Source of the DNA: an uncultured Candidatus Saccharibacteria bacterium
Lineage (GTDB): Bacteria; Patescibacteriota; Minisyncoccia; UBA6257; JACOXY01
DNA: 64,000 nt
Direction of reading: 5' to 3'
NCBI GenBank assembly: GCA_964357615.1
Contig: CAYHMC010000001.1
Coordinates: 2,602 to 66,601 of the forward strand
In this document: positions 39,846 to 49,155 of the stretch, piece by piece
Numbering within the stretch: the first letter of the stretch is position 1
Layout: the number at the start of each line of letters is the position of its first letter
Position numbers and translations under genes: made by a program
Notes under the pieces: model-generated
The model's database searches: none
What the model was told of the DNA's origin: nothing
What the model saw: only the letters and a program-made list of their open reading frames with translations

Positions 39846-39908
39846 TATATGACAGTTTGCTTTTTAATCAATGATCTAATTAAGCTAAATTAAAATTTGA
39901 GTTATCTA

Positions 39909-39937
39909 TTGACAATTAAAAATAAATGTAATATAAT
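39909..39937 (+). promoter_or_regulatory. Consensus sigma70 promoter, near-leaderless
   Basis: TTGACA-17 nt-TATAAT, 9 nt before the ATG at 39947. Confidence 0.8.
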
Positions 39938-39946
39938 TACTATATA

Positions 39947-40510
39947 ATGAATAACTTTAAAAGAGGTGACTTTAGAGATAACAGAGGTGACTCTGGAGGT
40001 CGCCCAAAATTTGGCAATAGATTTGGCGGAGGAGGAGGTAGGAGAGATGGGGGTGATAGGGGCGATAGGCAAAGGAGAAGCCCAGAGCTTTTTCAAGCGG
40101 TTTGTGCAGAGTGTAGAAAACAATGCCAAGTTCCTTTTAAACCAACTGGTGATAAACCGGTCTATTGTCGCGACTGTTTTAATAAGCAGGGATATAAACC
40201 AGGACGAAATTCAAACGGCGCCGACGGTCCTCGCCCAGATTTTCGTAGAGAATTTGCTCCAGCCCACAATGAGCAAAGAGAATTTTCACAACCACAAAGC
40301 AATCCACAAAGCAATCCCCAAAGCAATATAGGAGTTGAAGCTCTTTACCGAAAACTTAGTTCTCTTGAAGCAAAGGTAAATCAAATTTTTGATATTTTAA
40401 ATAAAAAACCAGTCGTTTTGCCAGTTCCCAAGGCTGAAAAAGTTATTCCACTAGCAACAAAAAAACTAAAAGCAAAAATCTCTAAAGCGAAAATAAGTAA
40501 AAAGAAATAA
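39947..40510 (+). CDS. CxxC-x17-CxxC domain protein with RG-rich N-terminus
   Basis: CAECRKQCQVPFKPTGDKPVYCRDC. Confidence 0.88.
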   Translation: MNNFKRGDFRDNRGDSGGRPKFGNRFGGGGGRRDGGDRGDRQRRSPELFQAVCAECRKQCQVPFKPTGDKPVYCRDCFNKQGYKPGRNSNGADGPRPDFRREFAPAHNEQREFSQPQSNPQSNPQSNIGVEALYRKLSSLEAKVNQIFDILNKKPVVLPVPKAEKVIPLATKKLKAKISKAKISKKK

Positions 40511-40514
40511 AAAA

Positions 40515-40533
40515 GCTGACTTAATAAGTCAGC
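40515..40533. terminator. Hairpin between convergent genes
   Basis: GCTGACTTA / TAAGTCAGC preceded by an A-run. Confidence 0.65.
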
Positions 40534-40551
40534 GAGTGTTCGTCCATTTTA

Positions 40552-41031
40552 TTAGATTCCCAAAATAAAACGGTTATAAAGTGCAAATGGAACAATTTGG
40601 TATCGACATAAAAAATATTCAGAACTTACGATAGATCCAAATGGAGTATCGTTGTCTAAACACCAACGTTCAATTTCGTCGCAAAGCACCGCGATTAACG
40701 CATTTCGCATTCCAAAAGAGAATGTGGCTGTAAAATCATGAAATTCCTCGACTGAACAAATGTCAGTACCTGGTCGTTTAAAAGCAGACAAAAAAGATTC
40801 CTTCCAAGATGCGTTCTCTTCTATCGCTCTATATAAACCGCCTAAGCTTCTATTGATTTCATCCGAAGCTACTAACTGACCATTTTCAGTTTTTATCCAA
40901 CCCATAGTTAGAATTTGCTCTACAACTGAAGTCTCTGTCATGCAGCTCGCCCTTTCCTTTCTTGATCTAGAAGCAATAAGTTTGGCGTAGTGCAGAAAGT
41001 CCAGTTTCGGGAAGAAGTTCTCCGTCTGCAA
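40552..41031 (-). CDS. Hypothetical protein
   Basis: 159-aa ORF with no recognised motif; start uncertain. Confidence 0.5.
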   Translation of the reverse strand: MQTENFFPKLDFLHYAKLIASRSRKERASCMTETSVVEQILTMGWIKTENGQLVASDEINRSLGGLYRAIEENASWKESFLSAFKRPGTDICSVEEFHDFTATFSFGMRNALIAVLCDEIERWCLDNDTPFGSIVSSEYFLCRYQIVPFALYNRFILGI

Positions 41032-41344
41032 ATTTGTAATTTACCCTATTTTGAATTTCGCCGGTTGTTTTATTTCTACTAAGTAGAAAAACACCCCTTG
41101 GTCCATGACCAGATCCATCATCCGTCCAGTGTGCTTTGCCACTTGAAAAGAGAAGTTCAATATCTCCAACTTCTATAACATTGCATGCAAGGGCAGTAAT
41201 GTTGTATCCGGCTCTAGTTAGAATGTCTTGCCATTTCTCTATGGTAGGCCCCCAGTTAAACGAATACTTAATTCCAAGAATTCTTAGTGTTACGATAAAT
41301 CGTCGAAACTCGCTATCGGCATTTGAGATTCTGTCCTCGTTCAC
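40967..41344 (-). CDS. Hypothetical protein
   Basis: GTG start after AAGGAAGGAAA; overlaps the next ORF. Confidence 0.5.
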   Translation of the reverse strand: MNEDRISNADSEFRRFIVTLRILGIKYSFNWGPTIEKWQDILTRAGYNITALACNVIEVGDIELLFSSGKAHWTDDGSGHGPRGVFLLSRNKTTGEIQNRVNYKFADGELLPETGLSALRQTYCF

Positions 41345-41621
41345 TTTCCTTCCTTGTTTCGATGCTTATAAATTACTAAAAGATAAAATATCACAGGATA
41401 TCTATTATGTCAAATATAATATATAAAACTATACTTAAGATTAAGTTTCTTTTTAAAATTTAAATAGATACTTGCGGTTGGTATATATTTATTAATGTTC
41501 GTAGATATTAATGAATAATAGTTTACTATTACATTTTTTATATTTATAAATTCAATTAAATTATTGACTAGAAATAATATAATTGTTAGTATGGGGTAAG
41601 TTTTAGAAAGGAGCTACATCA

Positions 41622-41828
41622 ATGGTGCGAGTTTGGACTAAAGATGAAATTCTAAAAATGTGGCCCCAAGCGGAAGGGGAATTAATTGTATTTCAGAGAG
41701 TACTTGAAGCTAAATCAGGGCTTACAGCATCCCAACTTGGAATGGCACTTCAGCTTGCAAGAGCAGAGTTTGGAAAAATTAAGAGTGAAGAACCCACTGG
41801 CGTTCTCGATTGCTTTCTGGAGAGCTAA
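41622..41828 (+). CDS. Small hypothetical protein
   Basis: AGGAG upstream; followed by tandem hairpins at 41838-41875. Confidence 0.6.
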   Translation: MVRVWTKDEILKMWPQAEGELIVFQRVLEAKSGLTASQLGMALQLARAEFGKIKSEEPTGVLDCFLES

Positions 41829-41837
41829 ATTTATATA

Positions 41838-41881
41838 AGGTCCATTTAAGGGACCTCGCTAACCGAGAACGGTTATTTTTT
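41838..41881 (+). terminator. Tandem hairpins / terminator
   Basis: AGGTCC/GGACCT then TAACCG/CGGTTA followed by a T-run. Confidence 0.6.
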
Positions 41882-41918
41882 ATAAATAAAAAGATTCGAT
41901 AATATTTTTTATGATTAT

Positions 41919-42434
41919 TTACGCACTAGGATATATAAGTTTAAGTTTTTCTAATCCTCGGTGGGCAAGTACTGCCATAGAATTTTTTGATTGGCCTGTT
42001 ATTAATGACATTTCTTTGAGTGACAAATCTTGCACATATTTCATTCGCATCACTTTCTGATATTTTAAAGGAAGACGCGCTATCAATAGAAGGGCTGCCT
42101 TGCCGTCTAAAATTTTAAGTAATTTTTCGGAGTCATTAATCTTTGGTTCAAAACCCTTTTCAAACATAACATCAAGCGATGTTGTTTTATGCTTTCTATA
42201 CTCATCTATTATAAGATTATTTAAAACATGGTAAAGAAATGCTTTCATTATTTCAATTTTACCGCCTTTTACAAGATAAACCCATGTTTTTAAGAAAGTG
42301 TCTTGAACTAATCCTTCGCCAAGTTCTCGGTTATTTAGCTTAAAGAAAGCATGAGAATTAAGCCCCTTTTCATAATCATGGTGGGCGGAAGTTATTGCTT
42401 TATTTTGTTTCGAATTTTTCTGCTCTTGTTCCAT
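41919..42434 (-). CDS. ECF-type RNA polymerase sigma factor
   Basis: Region 2 LVQDTFLKTW...FLYHVLNNLIIDEYRK; region 4 LPLKYQKV...LSLKEM...HRGLEKLK. Confidence 0.92.
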   Translation of the reverse strand: MEQEQKNSKQNKAITSAHHDYEKGLNSHAFFKLNNRELGEGLVQDTFLKTWVYLVKGGKIEIMKAFLYHVLNNLIIDEYRKHKTTSLDVMFEKGFEPKINDSEKLLKILDGKAALLLIARLPLKYQKVMRMKYVQDLSLKEMSLITGQSKNSMAVLAHRGLEKLKLIYPSA

Positions 42435-42463
42435 TGGTATTATGCCGAGTTTATGCTGGTTTT

Positions 42464-42566
42464 ATTACACTAGAATTACAGTAAAGCTATAACATTAAAA
42501 TCAGCCCCGCTATTATCAGGGTTTTTAATAACTAGTTATGTAAAGGTTCATTACAGAAATATTACA
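42464..42566 (-). promoter_or_regulatory. Two TGTAAT-N5-TGTAAT direct-repeat boxes
   Basis: ATTACA-N5-ATTACA at 42464-42480 and 42550-42566 on the + strand. Confidence 0.6.
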
Positions 42567-42644
42567 GGAGTGTAGTATATGAGGAAGTAACTTGCCTTGT
42601 TCTCAACATAGCACAGTGAGTTTTTTAATACAAATATGCAATAA

Positions 42645-43202
42645 ATGCAGTTGATATACGGCAGTATGTGTATGAAAAAAGAAAATAAAAGTATTTCAGG
42701 AAATATGAGTTTGAAAAATTATAGTGTATATATAGTAATTTCAATTCTATCGCTTTTTTTGTTTGGCATGATTCTCTACCGCGCAAATGCAGATTTTATG
42801 AGCGATAAGTATCCTAGCGCAATAACGGCGACAATCTATAAAAATGATGTGATTCGTGATAATCCAAATGTAGAAATGATAGCAGGCGTTTCTAGACCAA
42901 TTAAAGAGCCAACATCCGAAGTTCATATTGCCAATAATGGCTTAATGCTTTTGCGTGGAACGCGAGTTATTTCAGTTGATAACAGTTCCAATTTTAATAG
43001 TATTATCCGCGTAATAATATCGTGGGGTTCAATTGATTCTATTTGGGAAGTGAATACAAATTTGTCTACTGAGCTTATAAAGTCAGATGGCAAAACTGGA
43101 ACAATGAGCGATATAGAAGTTGGGGATATAGTTACTGTAACTGGTAATTTAGTTAGAAATGGACCAGAGCCAATAATAAGCGCCGTATTTATCAGGAAGT
43201 AA
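42645..43202 (+). CDS. Membrane-anchored DUF5666-like protein
   Basis: TM, then LLRGTRV...WGS...SDIEVGDIVTVTG, similar to 37178..37876; start uncertain. Confidence 0.6.
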   Translation: MQLIYGSMCMKKENKSISGNMSLKNYSVYIVISILSLFLFGMILYRANADFMSDKYPSAITATIYKNDVIRDNPNVEMIAGVSRPIKEPTSEVHIANNGLMLLRGTRVISVDNSSNFNSIIRVIISWGSIDSIWEVNTNLSTELIKSDGKTGTMSDIEVGDIVTVTGNLVRNGPEPIISAVFIRK

Positions 43203-43247
43203 ATTGAATATTTTGTAATAATTAATAATAACTTTCGGCTTAAATTT

Positions 43248-43841
43248 ATGAACACAAACATTAATAATACAGAGTCAAATAAGGCAGAAGCATTTGTGAT
43301 GCCTTCTGGTAATGAATTCTTGGGTCGTTTTTGGGAGCAAAGTTGGACATATCTTAAGACGGTAGTAGACGTCGTTCGAGAACCAATTTTGGTTTTAGAT
43401 AAAGATCTTTGCGTGATGGCAGCTAATGAAGCTTTTTATAAAATGTTTCAGGTTGAAAAGGAAGATACAGAGAAAAAAAATATTTATAAATTAGGCAATG
43501 GTCAGTGGAATATTCCTGCGCTATGTAAATTACTTGAAGATATTTTGCCTAAGAATACCTTTTTTAAAGGATTTGAAGTTACACACGAGTTTCCGCATAT
43601 TGGACGAAAAGTAATGATTTTAAATGCTAGAAAAATTCATTTTGAAAAAGATTTTGCAACAGACGCTTTTCCTCCAATAATTTTACTTGCTATAGAAGAT
43701 ATAACAGAAATGATGGTTGTTGCTGAGACTCTTGCTAGTCACGCAAATCAATTAGAGGTTAAGTTAACAGAGCGAACAGCAAAATTGGAAATTCATATTA
43801 AGAAATTAGAAAAAGAAATTAAAGAACTTAAAAATAAATAA
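43248..43841 (+). CDS. Stand-alone PAS domain protein with C-terminal coiled coil
   Basis: VREPILVLDKDL..ANEAFY..F...LGNGQWNIP...LNARKI...ILLAIEDIT (CheB/CheR-type PAS). Confidence 0.85.
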   Translation: MNTNINNTESNKAEAFVMPSGNEFLGRFWEQSWTYLKTVVDVVREPILVLDKDLCVMAANEAFYKMFQVEKEDTEKKNIYKLGNGQWNIPALCKLLEDILPKNTFFKGFEVTHEFPHIGRKVMILNARKIHFEKDFATDAFPPIILLAIEDITEMMVVAETLASHANQLEVKLTERTAKLEIHIKKLEKEIKELKNK

Positions 43842-43955
43842 GTTTTTGTAATTTTCTTAGATTAATAACGGCTTTATTTATGATGGTATAGTCGATAATC
43901 CATAAAATAATTCCCGTTGTTTACACAGCTAATTTTAAACTAAAAATAAAAACAT

Positions 43956-44204
43956 ATGGGAATTATTTTATGGATTATATTCGGAGCATTAGTTGGTTGG
44001 GTCGCGTCTTTGATAATGAAAACCGACGGGGAACAGGGGACTGTTTTAAATGTTCTTGTTGGAATTCTAGGTGCCGTTATCGGTGGTTGGTTGATGAACA
44101 TGCTTGGTGAGGGTGGAGTTCAAGGGCTTAGTTTGTATAGTTTTCTGGTCGCGTTGCTTGGGGCTTGTTTACTTATAGCAATGGTAAAAATATTAAGGCG
44201 TTAA
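43956..44204 (+). CDS. GlsB/YeaQ/YmgE family membrane protein
   Basis: WIIFGALVGWVAS...NVLVGILGAVIGGWL. Confidence 0.92.
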   Translation: MGIILWIIFGALVGWVASLIMKTDGEQGTVLNVLVGILGAVIGGWLMNMLGEGGVQGLSLYSFLVALLGACLLIAMVKILRR

Positions 44205-44221
44205 GCTAAATATAAATTATT

Positions 44222-44404
44222 ATGGATTCAAATAAACTACCTACCACTAAATATTTACTTAAAAAGTATAAAAAATTAAATTCGCAATATAAGAAATTAA
44301 ATGCACGCAAGGGTTATGTAAGCTGGAAATTCAAAAAAATAAATTGGAAAAAAGAATTAGCAAATTCACAAAACAAGATCAATAAATTATTTAAAGATCT
44401 TTAA
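44222..44404 (+). CDS. Small Lys-rich hypothetical protein
   Basis: 60-aa ORF in operon orientation. Confidence 0.35.
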   Translation: MDSNKLPTTKYLLKKYKKLNSQYKKLNARKGYVSWKFKKINWKKELANSQNKINKLFKDL

Positions 44405-44448
44405 GTTAAAAATTAAATTATTAAAAAATATTATTAAAATAAAATAAA

Positions 44449-44805
44449 ATGGATTCATATAATTCACCAACAACAAAATCACTATTTAAAGGAACTCAAA
44501 TCGTATGGTATGTCGTTTCTGTTCTTTCGGTAGTACTTGCATTTCGTTTTGTACTAAAACTAACAGGAGCAAACCCAAATGCAGGATTTACAAATTTCAT
44601 CTATTCAATAACATGGCCATTCGCAGCTCCTTTCAATGCAGTATTTCCAAAAACCATTGTTGAGGGCAGTATTTTTGAATGGACAACACTCTTGGCAATA
44701 ACAGTATATTGGATGGTTGCCATTGCAATAGTGCAACTTTTTTTGATGAGCAAAACAGTTTCAATACCAGAGGCTGCGTCTGGTCTAAAAGATCAGGAAA
44801 GTTAG
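44449..44805 (+). CDS. YggT-like membrane protein
   Basis: RFVLKLTGANP..FTNFIYSITWPFAAPF. Confidence 0.8.
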   Translation: MDSYNSPTTKSLFKGTQIVWYVVSVLSVVLAFRFVLKLTGANPNAGFTNFIYSITWPFAAPFNAVFPKTIVEGSIFEWTTLLAITVYWMVAIAIVQLFLMSKTVSIPEAASGLKDQES

Positions 44806-44987
44806 AAAATATATAAATGTAATATTTTTATCTTTGAGACGGCCTTGTTAATAGAGGTATATACATAATACATAAGTGGGTCGAGTGTACAAGACGAATG
44901 AAGGTGAGGATGTACTGAGACCAGAAGGTCGAATGTAAAAATTACACAATAAAAATATCAAAAATTAAATCAAAAAAATAAAATAAA

Positions 44988-45665
44988 ATGAACAAAATAA
45001 AATCTTACTTTCTTTTTGGGGGAGTGGTAGTGACGGCATTCGTCTTCTCATTCTTCGCGGTTTCAAATTCATACGCGATGATATCTAGCTCTTTAGATTT
45101 GGGCTCAACGGGTTCTCAAGTCACAGAACTTCAAACATATCTTTCTACTAATGTTAATATTTATCCACAAGGGATAATATCAGGATATTTTGGTCTTCTT
45201 ACTCAATCGGCCGTCCAGCGTTTTCAGACTGCCCAAGGAATAGTCTCAAGTGGTAGTCCAGCTACTACGGGCTACGGTAGAGTAGGACCAATGACAAGAG
45301 CAAGAATTAATAGTCTTTTGGGTTTTGGTGTCCAACAATCATGGGATACAGTACCAACACTTAGTAATCCTGTGGTTACTTATACAAATACCACTGCTAC
45401 TTTTACATGGACTACTAATGAATTAACACAAGGACAAGTTTATTGGAGCCTAACTCCATTACAATTTACTGAAGAAGATGAATCACGCCAGCAATCATAT
45501 GTAGGTGGTATATTAGCGCTTGATGCCGGTGGTTTACAAGTAAATCACACAGTTACGGTTTCAAATCTTCAGGCAAATACAACTTACTATTATCTCGTTA
45601 GGTCTATTGATATCGCGGGAAATGTGAGTATTGTATGGCCAAGCTTCTTTCACACCAATCAATAA
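44988..45665 (+). CDS. Secreted peptidoglycan-binding + FN3-like domain protein
   Basis: LDLGSTGSQVTELQ...GYFGLLTQSAVQRFQ...VGPMTR; LQANTTYYY. Confidence 0.85.
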   Translation: MNKIKSYFLFGGVVVTAFVFSFFAVSNSYAMISSSLDLGSTGSQVTELQTYLSTNVNIYPQGIISGYFGLLTQSAVQRFQTAQGIVSSGSPATTGYGRVGPMTRARINSLLGFGVQQSWDTVPTLSNPVVTYTNTTATFTWTTNELTQGQVYWSLTPLQFTEEDESRQQSYVGGILALDAGGLQVNHTVTVSNLQANTTYYYLVRSIDIAGNVSIVWPSFFHTNQ

Positions 45666-45683
45666 TTGAGTTCGATATTGATT

Positions 45684-45713
45684 TAAAAATCACCGCAATA
45701 CCGGTGATTTTTA
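45684..45713 (+). terminator. Intrinsic terminator
   Basis: TAAAAATCACCG / CGGTGATTTTTA. Confidence 0.8.
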
Positions 45714-45792
45714 GACAGCTGATATTCAAATACTATATTACTTAAAGCATTCAATAAAAGGTCGTATTAAAAATTAAATTATTCAAAATTTT

Positions 45793-45981
45793 ATGACAAA
45801 CAAAAATGACAATTATGATCAAGAAGCGGAAGGAGCAAAAACACAAATTCCAACTGCACCAGCAGATAATGAAAAAATAAATGTTGTAACTCCACCGTTA
45901 TCCTCAATTCCTTCGTTAGATGATAAAAAAGAGAAGAAGGAACCTTCGGTTGTTACAGCAGATTCATCCTCAATGCAATAA
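45793..45981 (+). CDS. Small low-complexity hypothetical protein
   Basis: 62-aa ORF between two terminators, with a GGTCG leader. Confidence 0.5.
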   Translation: MTNKNDNYDQEAEGAKTQIPTAPADNEKINVVTPPLSSIPSLDDKKEKKEPSVVTADSSSMQ

Positions 45982-46001
45982 TTATTTCTATAAGAAATAA
46001 T

Positions 46002-46049
46002 TAATAAACTAAAACTCACCGCTTTATAGTGGTGAGTTTTAGTTTATTA
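46002..46049. terminator. Bidirectional terminator
   Basis: 19-bp perfect inverted repeat TAATAAACTAAAACTCACC / GGTGAGTTTTAGTTTATTA between convergent genes. Confidence 0.85.
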
Positions 46050-46068
46050 TAATATCGCTTTTAAGGGT

Positions 46069-46740
46069 CTATCTATAATTTCTTCCATCGCCACTTACTG
46101 GTATTTGATCTCCAAGATATTTTGGTTTTCTTCTAAATATCAAATCCAATACAGCTTTTTCATTTGCAAATATTTCACGAACATAATTACGAGTAAGTAG
46201 GTGACCTACATCAGCGTTTACTCCGTATGATGTAATACCCAGTGCGTGAGCAATAAATATTGCGCGGGGTAAATGAAATGATTGGGTTACAATAAGTATT
46301 GAGGTGACGCGGAAAATATCACGTGCACGGTAGACCGTGCTGTAGGTATCAAATCCCGCATGATCAAGAAAAATATCTTCATCTAAAACACCATTTTGGA
46401 TAAGATATTTGCGGACAGGATTTACCTCATTGTAATTTAATGTGCTATTGTCACCGGAAACTAGAATCTTTTTTACTTTATTTATTTTGTAAAGCTTTAT
46501 AGCCATGTCCGCACGATCTTCAAAAACAGGGGAAAGAGAGCCATTGATTTTTATAGCAGCACCTGGAATAAGGGCAACCTCTGCACTAGGCGCTTCCGAA
46601 GCACTATTATAAATATAGGACCTAGTTGTTAGATGAATTATCACATTTATAAAAAAAATAATAAGAATAACAAATCCAATGCACACGAAGGTATAATAAA
46701 AAAATTGCTTCCAGATTTTAATATTATTTAGTTTTATCAT
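46069..46740 (-). CDS. SanA/ElyC (DUF218) family protein
   Basis: ILVSGDN...YNEV, DHAGFDTYST, VTQSFHLPRA. Confidence 0.92.
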   Translation of the reverse strand: MIKLNNIKIWKQFFYYTFVCIGFVILIIFFINVIIHLTTRSYIYNSASEAPSAEVALIPGAAIKINGSLSPVFEDRADMAIKLYKINKVKKILVSGDNSTLNYNEVNPVRKYLIQNGVLDEDIFLDHAGFDTYSTVYRARDIFRVTSILIVTQSFHLPRAIFIAHALGITSYGVNADVGHLLTRNYVREIFANEKAVLDLIFRRKPKYLGDQIPVSGDGRNYR

Positions 46741-46769
46741 ATTAGAAGAAACCTATTTTTAAATAATAG

Positions 46770-48002
46770 CTAAGCATTGCTTCCTGCTATATAACCGGTT
46801 GTCCAGCATAATTGAAGTGAATACCCACCAGAGGGTCGACTAATGTGTAGTAAATCTCCTGTTATGAATAAATTGCTATATAGCTTAGATTGCATTGTGC
46901 GAGTATCTATTTCCTTAAGAGAGACGCCACCGTCTGCAACTACTGCACGGTCATAACCCATAAGACCAGTTATTGTTATGGGTAACGCCTTTAGCATATT
47001 AACAATTTCCCGCTTTTTGTCTTTGGTGATGCTGTGTATTTTAATGTTTGAATCCATTTCATTTAAGAGTGGCAATAAGGCGTGTCCAGTTCCAAGTGGA
47101 GCAATCTCGTTCCACACATTTTTAAGAGTTTTATTTTTATTTAAGTCAAAAATTGAAGTAATTTTTTTAGTAAGAGAGCCAATATCGTTTTTTGGATATG
47201 TATCAATTTGTGCTGTAACAATTCCAGCATGCAATAAATCGGCAATCTTTCCAGCCGTATTTAAAATAAGTGGTCCAGACATGCCAAAATGTGTGCATAA
47301 AATATTTCCACTTAGTGAAATCTTCTTTTTCCCATCTAGAAAAAAATTAATACTCACATTAGAAAGTGTGGTTCCTGCAAGTTTTTTTACCCACTCGTCT
47401 TTGACTGCTAGTGGTACAATGGTCGGAGTTGGTTTTTTAATTGTATGACCCAGTCTTTTTAACCATGCAAAACCATCTCCTGTAGAACCAGTTTCTGGGT
47501 GTGACATACCACCTGTCGCCAAAATAAAAGAAGTGGCGGTAATTTTTTTACCGTCTAAAATTATATCGCTAATATTAGAATTATGGCCATTTATTTTTGA
47601 TACATTTGCTTTGGTGTGTATTTGAACCCCATTCCTTCTAATGTATTCTTGAAGCACCCTAAAGACATCAATTGCTTTTTCTGTTTTAGGAAATACTCTT
47701 TTGCGGGCTTGCACTACAAGTGGTAATTTGCGAGATTCAAAAAAAGAAAAAGTATTTTGAATTCCAAATTGAGAAAAAGGGGAGTGTAAAAACGATTTTT
47801 CTTTACCATAATTTGACAAAAATATTTGCTCATCTTTTTCAGCATTTGTGATATTGCATCTGCCACCTCCGGTAATTTTAAGTTTAGCTCCAAGAACGGA
47901 GTTTTTTTCAAGTAATAAAACTTTTTTACCAAGCTCTCCGGCTCGTCCTGCCGACATCATGCCAGATGCACCTCCACCAATTACAATAACATCATAATTC
48001 AT
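46770..48002 (-). CDS. HI0933/YhiN/BaiN family flavoprotein
   Basis: GGGASG, TGGGRCNITN, GSTGDG, THFGMSGP, GGYSLQ. Confidence 0.93.
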   Translation of the reverse strand: MNYDVIVIGGGASGMMSAGRAGELGKKVLLLEKNSVLGAKLKITGGGRCNITNAEKDEQIFLSNYGKEKSFLHSPFSQFGIQNTFSFFESRKLPLVVQARKRVFPKTEKAIDVFRVLQEYIRRNGVQIHTKANVSKINGHNSNISDIILDGKKITATSFILATGGMSHPETGSTGDGFAWLKRLGHTIKKPTPTIVPLAVKDEWVKKLAGTTLSNVSINFFLDGKKKISLSGNILCTHFGMSGPLILNTAGKIADLLHAGIVTAQIDTYPKNDIGSLTKKITSIFDLNKNKTLKNVWNEIAPLGTGHALLPLLNEMDSNIKIHSITKDKKREIVNMLKALPITITGLMGYDRAVVADGGVSLKEIDTRTMQSKLYSNLFITGDLLHISRPSGGYSLQLCWTTGYIAGSNA

Positions 48003-48074
48003 AGAATTTTATACTAACAAGTTGCGATAATTTACAGACCAATTTATTTTCTTACTACAGTTATTTGGTTCAAA

Positions 48075-49142
48075 TCAGGATAGATTCTTATCTAAAAATT
48101 GCTTTAAGCCATCTAAGTCATTTTTATCATTATTATAATGAAATGTAACTATTCCCAAAGACCTAGCGCTTTCTATTGCATCGGTTCTGTGCTCAAAGTA
48201 AATCACATTATTTTTGTTTAGTTTAAAATAGTCAAAAACTTTTTTGTAGTATTCTGGATTTGTTTTATCAGGTTTATGTTTTAAAGTAAAAAGCTCGTAT
48301 GGCAAATTAACTAAATTAAATTTCGTAATCTCTTCGTCGTTGGCGTTTGTAAGAATAATTTTTCTATTAGAATAATTCTCTAAAAGATTAAACATTTCTT
48401 TGTTTACACCAAAGACCCCATCGTTTTTTATTATAAAAGTGTGCAATGCATCAACCAAAATTACCTTATCTTTTTTTCTTAAAGGTAGCTCTAGTATGCA
48501 GAGGTCATACTTTTTTTGAAGTAGTTCAATGGTGTCCTTAAGTTTATTATATTTCGCTTCTACACCTTCCTTTATTTCTAGAGCTTCTTTAAAATTTTCA
48601 TCTTTTTTTAATTCCTTTAAAACTTTATTTTTTGCCATTTCTTCCACTTTTTCTTTGGGCCAATCACGAATCATATCTTCAAGTTCTTTTTTCTTTTGCT
48701 GAAGTAGCTGTTTAATATCATTACACCCATCCTGATCTTTATCGTTATTATTTTTTAATTTTTTTGTAAGTTTTATGCCTAACATTCCCAGAAGAGCTAA
48801 GGTAGCAATTGAGATAATCGCAATTATAGTAAAGTTGTTTTTAGTAGAAATAGCTGTTATTTCTGGCGTGGCAAGTGGTAGTAAATTCAATGGAGAATCC
48901 TGCGGAGTTATTTTCGGTATGGCTTGTTTTGTAATACTAGGAACGGTTGTTGTTGTTCTAACCTCCGAAACTGTACTTGTTGTACTTGGGCTTGGATTAG
49001 GTACAGAGTCTACTTTTTGTTCTGTAATGCTAGGAGTCGACTGGGTTGCGTCGCTTGAAGTAGGCGCTTCTCTCGTTTGACCAAATACAAAATAAAAAGG
49101 AACGAAGAACAAAATCAAAATCAATTTTATTGGCCGTTGCAT
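48075..49142 (-). CDS. Membrane protein with S/T-rich ectodomain, coiled coil and C-terminal HAD-like domain
   Basis: Signal peptide at MQRPIK (49142), TM, then ILVDA...ILTN...KPDK...YFEH...ARSLGI. Confidence 0.65.
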   Translation of the reverse strand: MQRPIKLILILFFVPFYFVFGQTREAPTSSDATQSTPSITEQKVDSVPNPSPSTTSTVSEVRTTTTVPSITKQAIPKITPQDSPLNLLPLATPEITAISTKNNFTIIAIISIATLALLGMLGIKLTKKLKNNNDKDQDGCNDIKQLLQQKKKELEDMIRDWPKEKVEEMAKNKVLKELKKDENFKEALEIKEGVEAKYNKLKDTIELLQKKYDLCILELPLRKKDKVILVDALHTFIIKNDGVFGVNKEMFNLLENYSNRKIILTNANDEEITKFNLVNLPYELFTLKHKPDKTNPEYYKKVFDYFKLNKNNVIYFEHRTDAIESARSLGIVTFHYNNDKNDLDGLKQFLDKNLS

Positions 49143-49155
49143 CGTTAGTAATATT

